From an uncultured Gammaproteobacteria bacterium (GTDB taxonomy: Bacteria > Patescibacteriota > Microgenomatia > UBA8517): a stretch of 64,000 nt of DNA. Positions 46,804 to 55,800 of the stretch are shown in pieces. The notes below the pieces were generated by a model. It saw only the letters and a program-made list of their open reading frames with translations, made no database searches and had not been told where the DNA came from. The DNA is taken from assembly GCA_964599625.1 (NCBI GenBank), contig CAZRGC010000002.1:71883-135882 (forward strand), read 5' to 3'. A program made the position numbers and the translations under genes. Position 1 is the stretch's first letter. Every line of letters begins with the position of its first letter.

Positions 46804-49800
46804 ATGTCCAAGTTTATAAAACACTGCCCAATGAGATATCTAAAGATTGCCCAAGCTGCTCAAAGATTAGGAGTATCCACAAAAACCTTAAGAAGGTGGG
46901 AGAAAAGCGGAATACTCACACCCAGAAGGACTCCGGGAGGCCAAAGAGTTTATCTTGCAAGCTCTATAGAAACCTTTGTAAGGCCGGAGAAACAAACAGG
47001 AAAAACAAAAACAAGATTTGTAGCCAAAACATACGAAGTCAAAAATAGCTTCAATTATAAAAGTTTTGCTTACGGCGGAATTGCGTCGGCATTTGCAGTT
47101 CTTTTGTTCTTTAGTCTTTTTAAAGTTGATTTGAGTTTGAGGCTGCCCCAGGAAAGTTCATCTAACGTATTGGGTGCCAACACACAAAGAAACCCGGTTA
47201 TAGCTTTTGTAGACGATTTGGTGAAGCCTGTATTCGGATTTTTTGCCAATAGCGCCAAAAGGATTGAGCTGGCCCTATTCAGTTTCAATGTTAATCAGGA
47301 TATAAGCCAAGGTCAAACGATTATTCAAACAGCAAGCCAGGTGGGCGGAGGGTCGGAGATAGCAGACAGATCGGTTACTGGTGTAAAGATCGCAATTCAA
47401 ACAGTACTTAACGAAAATATTGCCAGAGGCCAAATCAGCGTGGACAGGTTAGTTTCAAACCTCGTCTTTCCGTCAACATATCTTTTAGATCTCTCAGAAA
47501 TAAAACATACAACAACATCAAATACTGGCTTAATACTTCCAAATACATCAAGTTCATCTCCATCCAAGCCTACAAGCGGTGAAGGATATCTGGCATATGA
47601 CACTTCGGGAAACCAGCTTATCCTTTATAACGGTTCCAACTGGCAGACTATTAGCGGAGGAGGGGGCGGAGGAAGCGGAGATATAACAACTGTCACTGCC
47701 GGGGACGGACTAACCGGCGGGGGTGGCTCAGGAGACCTTACCTTAAACATTGTCGGGGGAAGTGGTTTTTTGGTTTCTGGGGATCAAATTGATTTGGATG
47801 TAACAACTACGGGAACAACATCAACGACATCTTCAAATTCTGGTTTGGAGGTTACAACAGCGGGATTGTCTCTTATGAGAGGTTGTTCCAATACACAAAT
47901 ATTGAAATGGAATGCGAGTACACAGGTGTGGTACTGTGCAGCAGACAATAGCGGAAGTGGCGGATCTTTAGATATAGAAGAGGGTGGAAGCACAGTCGTG
48001 ACCAGCCCAACAGCGATTAACTTTACGGCATCTGAATTTTCTGTCACAGAATCACCAAGTGGAGTCGGTTTGATAGCTATTGATTACGTTAATTCAAAAA
48101 TTAGCAGGTATGATGCCACAGAAGTTCTTACCAACAAAACAATCTCTGCAGGAAGTAACACAATAACAGGTCTTACAAACTCCAACCTTTCCGGAAGTGC
48201 GGGAATAACAAACGCCAACCTCGCAAATTCATCAGTTACCATTAACTCTTCGGGAATCCTCACAGGTGGCGGATCTGTTTCTTTGGGAGGCAATATTACG
48301 CTTGCAGCGACAGAGGCTGACACACTGGCTGCAGTAGTTTCCAGAGGAGCCACCACCACAACTTTAGTTAATTTGAATGGTGGAATAATCTCTCAAGGTG
48401 CTGTTGCAGGAAAAGCGCTTGTGAGAATTGACGAAACTGGGGATCAGAATCTATTGGTTGCAAGCGCTTCAGGAGTTACAAAATTCACATTAGACAGATC
48501 GGGTAATGTTGCAGCCTCCGGAACTGTTACTGGTTCCAACCTCAGCGGCACCAATACAGGTGACCAAACAATCACTTTAACGGGAGATGTAACAGGAAGC
48601 GGAACAGGAAGCTTTGCAACTACGATTGCCACAAACTCAGTTGCACTTACAACAGACACCACAGGTAATTATGTTGCAACAGGAGCCTCGGGGAATGGAG
48701 TTTCTTTGACAGGTGGTGGTTCTGAGGGGGCAACTCTTACCGCTAATCTTGGTGCTTTGACAGGTGATTGGGATCAAACAGGTGCTTTTGATATTGCTCT
48801 CAACAATTCTTCGTCTGAACTCAAGATTTTAGAATCAGGATCAACACCAACCTTGTTCGGCATCTTTGATGTTGGAGATCTGAGCTCATCTGACTCTACA
48901 TTCACTTTCTCTGGGAGTTCTGGTACTGTTTTGACAAGTGCTAACGTTGCATCTGCCCTGTCAGGGTGGGACCAAAATTCCAGTGACGATTTAACAACAG
49001 GCAACTATGGTGCAACCCTCGACTCTGTTTATGTAAATGTTGCCGAGTCGCCAACCTCTGCAGATATTGCAGGAAGTTTTTCGGGAGGACTTACTCTAAA
49101 TTCAAACACAGTTGACGATTCGGAGCTTGTTGATGCACTCACATACACAGGGGCGTTTTCAGTTGGAAATCTTACAATTTCTGACACGAATGTACCTCTT
49201 ACGGGGGCCTCGTTAACTTTCGATTTTAATAATGCCAGCGATAGAACCCTTACAATTGCAAATGCAGGAGCAGGAACTGCAAATTTGTCAGTTGACGGTA
49301 CAATCGCCGCTTCAAACTTCTCAGGTTCATCAAGTGGCACCAATACAGGCGATCAGACTATTACATTAACGGGAGATGTAACAGGAAGTGGAACGGGAAG
49401 CTTTGCAACAACAATTGCAGCCAACTCTGTTGCATTAACAACAGATACGACAGGTAATTATGTTCAAAGCATAACAAACGGAACAGGAATCACAGGAGGC
49501 GATGGTGGCGCAGAAGGATCAACCCTAACATTAGCAGTTGATCAAGCTGCAAATTTTACGTTAACAGGAAATAACACATTTACACCTTCCTCAACAAACG
49601 ATTTAACAATAAATCTGGATGCAGACTCAACGCTTTCAGAAGTTTTCTCAAGTAGCACAAATTCAACAAGTGCAGTGACTCAATCTATAACAAACTCTGC
49701 ATCAAGTGGAACAATTACAGTTAACGGAAACGATATAACTTTGGTAGGAACTGACAATGCAGGCGGTGCTAACACCATTAATGCTTTCAAATTTGAAAAC

Positions 49801-52800
49801 GTTACCGCACACACAAATAACACCTTTAACGGACTAAACTTTGGAACGGGTTATACAAACTTTTTGACCTCGGGAACAATTGCAATCGTTGCCGATGGGA
49901 CAATAACAGGTGCAACAATCTCAGGCGGAAGCAACACATTGTCTAATATTGGTAACTCAAGCCTTACTAACTCATCTATTACTATTAATTCTTCGGGGAT
50001 TTTGACAGGCGGTGGATCGGTTTCCTTGGGTGGAAACATTACACTAACGGCAACCGAGGCTGATACTTTGGCAAGTGTGACTGGGCGCGGTGCTACAACA
50101 TCAACTGCCCTAACACTATCTAATGCATCAAACAGTATCACTGTAGGCACTTTAACAGCAACAGGTGGAACGATTAACGGAACTGTAATTGGTGGATCAA
50201 CACCTGCCGCGGGAACATTTACAACTCTAACCGCGAATGGAGATGTGACACTTGGGGATGCAATAACAGACAACATTACTTTTACAGGGCGTGTGGCACA
50301 GGATAGTGACTTGGTACCAATTGGCACAACCGGGACAAATGATCTGGGAAGTGGATCTCTTCCTTGGGATAACATTTACGCAAATGCAATAACTCAAAAC
50401 GGAAACCTGGTTTGTGACGCAAGCGGCGCCAACTGTCCCGCAGGGGCAGGCTACTGGGGTCAGACTCTTGGCGCGCTTTATGCAAACAACAATACCACAG
50501 ACCTTTTGATCGGTGGTAATGCTACAACTTCTGCCAAGTTTGCATTTACAAATGTATTAACAGGAACTCCAACTGCTTCTATCTCGGGAACTACTGCAAA
50601 TGTCGCGACTTATTTAACTGGTGAGGGGAATTTGGCAACAACAAATATGCAACCTTTGACAATTGGTGGTTCAACTACCGGTTCTGTTCAGCTAAACCCC
50701 AAAGGTTCAACGGGGCTCTTTGTAAGTGGTAGTGGAAATGTAGGAATTGGCACAACATCAAACACTGGCGGGTATGTTCTTGATGTTATCGGACATGCAA
50801 GATCCTCCGGATACTTTTTTGGAGACAATGGGTCGTTTGTATCTTTCACGGCAGGTGGGGCCTATCTTGGTGATTCAAGCTACGCAGCAGGTGGTGGAAT
50901 TGGGTATGGTTCTAGTAGAACGCAAATTTGGTCTGGAAGCGGATTTCCGCTCACGTTTGGAACAGCCGGAACTGAACATATGAGACTTAGTGCTGCAGGT
51001 GGTTTGTCGCTTGGCGCATCTTATTTAACAACTGATGCTGGTGCAGGCAACGCAATTATAACCGGCTCACTTGGTATAGGCACTTCTGGTCCTGATGCAA
51101 AACTCGATTCACTTTCTACTGCCGGTGAGCAGCTAAGGCTTACTTATGCTGACGGGTCGACTTATTCAAGTTTTACAACCAACTCCAGCGGTGATTTAAC
51201 CATTGCACCTTCAGGTGGCGATACGAACATAACAGGCAACTTATCGTCAACAGGGATAGTCACAGGATCTAATTTAAGTGGCACAAACACAGGTGATCAG
51301 ACAATTACCTTAACAGGTGATGTGACTGGAAGCGGAACAGGAAGCTTTGCAACAACAATCTCAGCCAACTCTGTTGAGCTTTCCACCGATACAACCGGCA
51401 ATTACGTGGCAACAGGAGCTTCTGGAAACGGAGTTGCCCTTACCGGTGGAGGCTCTGAAGGTGCAACATTGACTGCTAATCTTGGTGCTTTGACAGGTGA
51501 TTGGGATCAAACGGGGGCATTTGATATTGTTCTTAATAATTCATCATCTGAACTCAAAATCTTAGAATCAGGATCAACGCCAACCTTGTTCGGTATCTTT
51601 GATGTCGGAGATTTAAGTTCATCTGATTCCACATTTACTTTTTCTGGTTCATCCGGAACTGTTTTAACTTCAGCGAACTATGCAGGGACACTTGACTCTG
51701 TTTACGTTAATGTCGCTGAGTCACCTGCGGCTGGGGATGTTGCAGGTAGTTTCTCAGGAGGACTTACTCTAAATTCAAACACCGTCGATGATTCAGAACT
51801 TGTGGATGCTTTGACTTATACAGGTGCTTTTTCGGTGGGTAACCTTACAATTTCAGACACGAGCGTGCCTCTGACTGGGTCTTCTTTCACCTTCGACTTC
51901 AATAACGCCAGCGACAGAACTTTGACAATTGCAAACGCAGGGGCAGGTACTGCAAATTTGTCAGTTGACGGAACAATTTCTGCTTCCAACTTTTCAGGAT
52001 CGTCCAGTGGAACAAACACAGGCGACCAAACAATTACTCTAACAGGTGATGTAACCGGAACAGGAACGGGATCGTTTGCAACAACAATTGCAGCCAACTC
52101 TGTTGCATTAACAACAGATACGACAGGTAATTATGTCCAGTCTATTACGAACGGAACAGGAATAACTGGCGGTGACGGCGGCGGCGAAGGTTCTACTTTA
52201 ACACTTGCAGTTGACCAGGCAGCCAACTTTACCTTAACAGGTAATAATGCATTTACCCCATCATCTACAAATGATCTTACGATCAATTTAGATGCAGACT
52301 CAACTCTTGCTGAGGTGTTCACGAGTGGAACTAATTCAACAAGCGCAAATACAGTATCTTTAACAAATTCAGCATCAAGCGGAACAGTTGGTATCAAAGG
52401 CCTCGACTTTACATTTGTGGGAACCGACAACGCAGGTGGAGCAAACACAATTACAGGTATAAATTTTGGTGACGCAACAGCACACACCAACAACACTTAC
52501 AATGGAATTACATTTGGAACAGGGTATAACAACTTCCTGACCTCTGGAACTATAAACATTGCCGCGAATGGAACTATAACAGGCGCAACAATATCAGGTG
52601 GAAGCAACACCCTTTCCGATATCGACAACTCAAGCCTTACTAACTCATCTATTACTATTAATTCTTCTGGGATTTTGACAGGCGGCGGATCGGTTTCCTT
52701 GGGTGGAAACATCACACTCACCGCAACCGAAGCAGATACTTTGGCAGCAGTTGTGTCACGCGGCGCCGCAACCACAACTCTCGTAAACTTGAACGGCGGA

Positions 52801-55800
52801 ATAATTTCCCAAGGAGCAGTTACAGGAAAAGCTTTGGTAAGGCTGGATGAGACTGGCGATCAAAATATATTTGTCGCCTCTGCTGCGGGCGCTTTCAGAT
52901 TTGCCGTTGCCAACGACGGAGCTTTGGAGCTAAGAAACTCTGAAACAATATCGAACTCATCAAATGGTGCCATTGCTTTTACAGGTGTTGGTGGATCCAA
53001 CAATGGTGCTTTGGAGATAGACCTTGAGACGAATTCGGTACCTACTTTGACATCTTCAACTGACACGTCAATCGGAATTGACGAAAACCTTCAGTTCATT
53101 GGCGCTCAGTCTATAACCACTTCAACAGGAGCTTTGACTTTGCAACCTGCTTCAGGGAGCAATTTAAATGTAACGCTTTCAGGAACGGGGGATTTTGCCG
53201 TAAATACAAATCAGCTTTATGTTGATACTAGCACGGGGTTAGTGGGAATCGGAACTTCGTCATTAATCTCCGGCGCAGAATTAACCGTAAAGGCTGCAAG
53301 CGGCAACTCTGATTTAGTATTGACTGAGAGCGGAGGTACTTATTCTTGGGACTTTTTCGTTGAAACTGGTGGCAGGGCGGGTTGGTATGACATTACCAAT
53401 AATAGAAATCCTTTTTACATGGAAGCTGGTGCGGCAAACAACTCCTTCTATATTGATTCAAGTGGTGCAGTTGGCATTGGCAAAGCTGATCCTGAACACA
53501 AACTCCAAGTAGAAAGTAGCACTGTTGGTAAGGCTTTGGTTGTAATAAATGATACAGATTCCGATCAGAATTTGTTTGTAGCATCTTCTGCGGGCAGTTT
53601 TAGGTTCTCAATTGCGAACGATGGGACTTTGTCACTTAGAAACTCCGAGACTGTTTCCAATTCAACAAACGGCTCAATTACACTTTCTGACTCGGGTGGG
53701 CAATCTGTAACATTTGACTTGGACGCAACTAACCCGACACTCACAAGTTCAACTGGAACATTTGAGGTTGGCTCAACACTCACAGCGGGAACTGTTGATA
53801 TCAATGGCGGTGCAATTGACGGTACTACAATTGGCGGATCATCTGCCGCTTCCGGAACATTTACAACTCTGACATCAACCGGCACTGTTGACCTCTCAAG
53901 TGATTCAGGCGCAGATACAATTACAATCGGTCAGAGTGGAACAACGGATGACACTGTAACAATCGCTGGTGATATATCTTTGACTGATGATCAATGGAGT
54001 GTGTCTGCGGCCGGTGTTGGTAGCTTTATAACCGGCTCTTCTATTGGTTCACTCACTTTTACCACAAACAATATTGCCGACTCGGGCGCGTTGACAATAA
54101 GATCTGCGACTTCAAACGCCTTAACACTTGACTCTGGAACAACAGGTACCGTCAATTTGGGAACCGGTAACAATGCAAAAACCATAGCAATCGGCACAGG
54201 AAATGCAGGTAATACAATAAATGTTGGCACAGACAACACTGTTTCGGACACGATTACGATTGGTAGTGCCTTGGATAACGTAGCAATTACCGGCGATGAT
54301 TGGTCCATAACGTCTGCCGGTGTTCTCACGGTAGCCAGTTGTACCGGCTGTGGTGGTGGGGGTGGAACATTGGACTCTGTTTACGAAACAGGCAATGCTT
54401 TAACAACATCTGACAATAGAGATGTAGCACTTGTATTTGCAGACACAACAACCGATTCCAACTTCAATATTGATCTTGAGGCGGATAACACTGTTACTAT
54501 TACAAGAAATGCCACAGCCTCCACAGAAACACCGTCTCAACTTGTACTTCTGGAAAATGCAGATGCTGACGTAACAGTTACTGCAGGGTTAAGCATTTTG
54601 GAATCGGGTGGAAACATTGGAACAGGGTTAAATATTGGTTCTGGTATGACAATCGGAATAAATGCCAACGCAAACACCATAGAGAATATTGGCAATTCAG
54701 GAACAGATTTTGATTCCTCAGGAGGTCTTACCCTGGCTTCTACACTCACACTAACCAACAACACCATTACTTGTACAGGATGTGTGGACGCAACCGACTT
54801 GGCTGCAAATTCGGTTGATGATTCCGAACTTGCGGACACACTGAGTTACACCGGTACTTTGACAATTGCTTCAAATGCGCTGGCCGTTAACTCTGATTCT
54901 ATTACTGCAGACGGCGCAACTCTTACCATAAATGCAGCAGGGAACGTGGATGTTCAAGACGCACTTAATGCAGATTCAATCACCTCTGATGCCGGTGTAT
55001 CAATTGCCGCAGGGCAAAGTTATACAGGCGCCGGTGCAGTTAGTGTAACTTCGGCAACGGGAGCAAACGCTTTAACTTTGGATTCTGGTTCTACTGGTAA
55101 TGTCAACCTTGGAACGGGTAATAATGCAAAAACCATAGCAATCGGCACAGGGAATGCAGGCAATACAATAAACTTGGGCACCAACGACACCGTCAGCGAC
55201 ACCATTGCAATCGGAAGTGCTTTGGACAACGTTTCGATTACAGGCGATCAGTGGTCTATTACAGATGCAGGTGTTCTTACTGTTGCAAGTTGTAGCGGTT
55301 GTGGAGGCGGAGGATCAACATTGCAAGCTGCATATGATGCTTCAAGCGGTAATACAATATTAACCACAACAGGCAGAAACATTGCATTCACTCTGGGTGA
55401 GGTTGCATCACCGACATCCTTCACGCTGACAAATCAAGATACTGCCGGAACAACTGCTTTTGGGCTAACAAATTCTATTGCATCGGGAACACTAACAAAC
55501 GGTATTTTAATAGATCAAACAGGTGCAGGAACACTTACGTCTGCCATTAAAATAGTGGAAACAGCAGGAACAATAACCGATGGTCTTGTTATCTCGGGAA
55601 CTTTATCCAACATTCTTAATAGTGACTCGATTGATATAACGGGTGCGGGTGCAATTACGGGAGCTACAGGAGTCGGAACAACAACTTTAACATCAACCGG
55701 GACAACTAATATCGGAAGCAATTCGGGAGCTGTAACAATCGATTCAACAGGCTCTTTAACTATTAACGATACTGTAGTTTCGTTAGCAAATCAGTCTACA

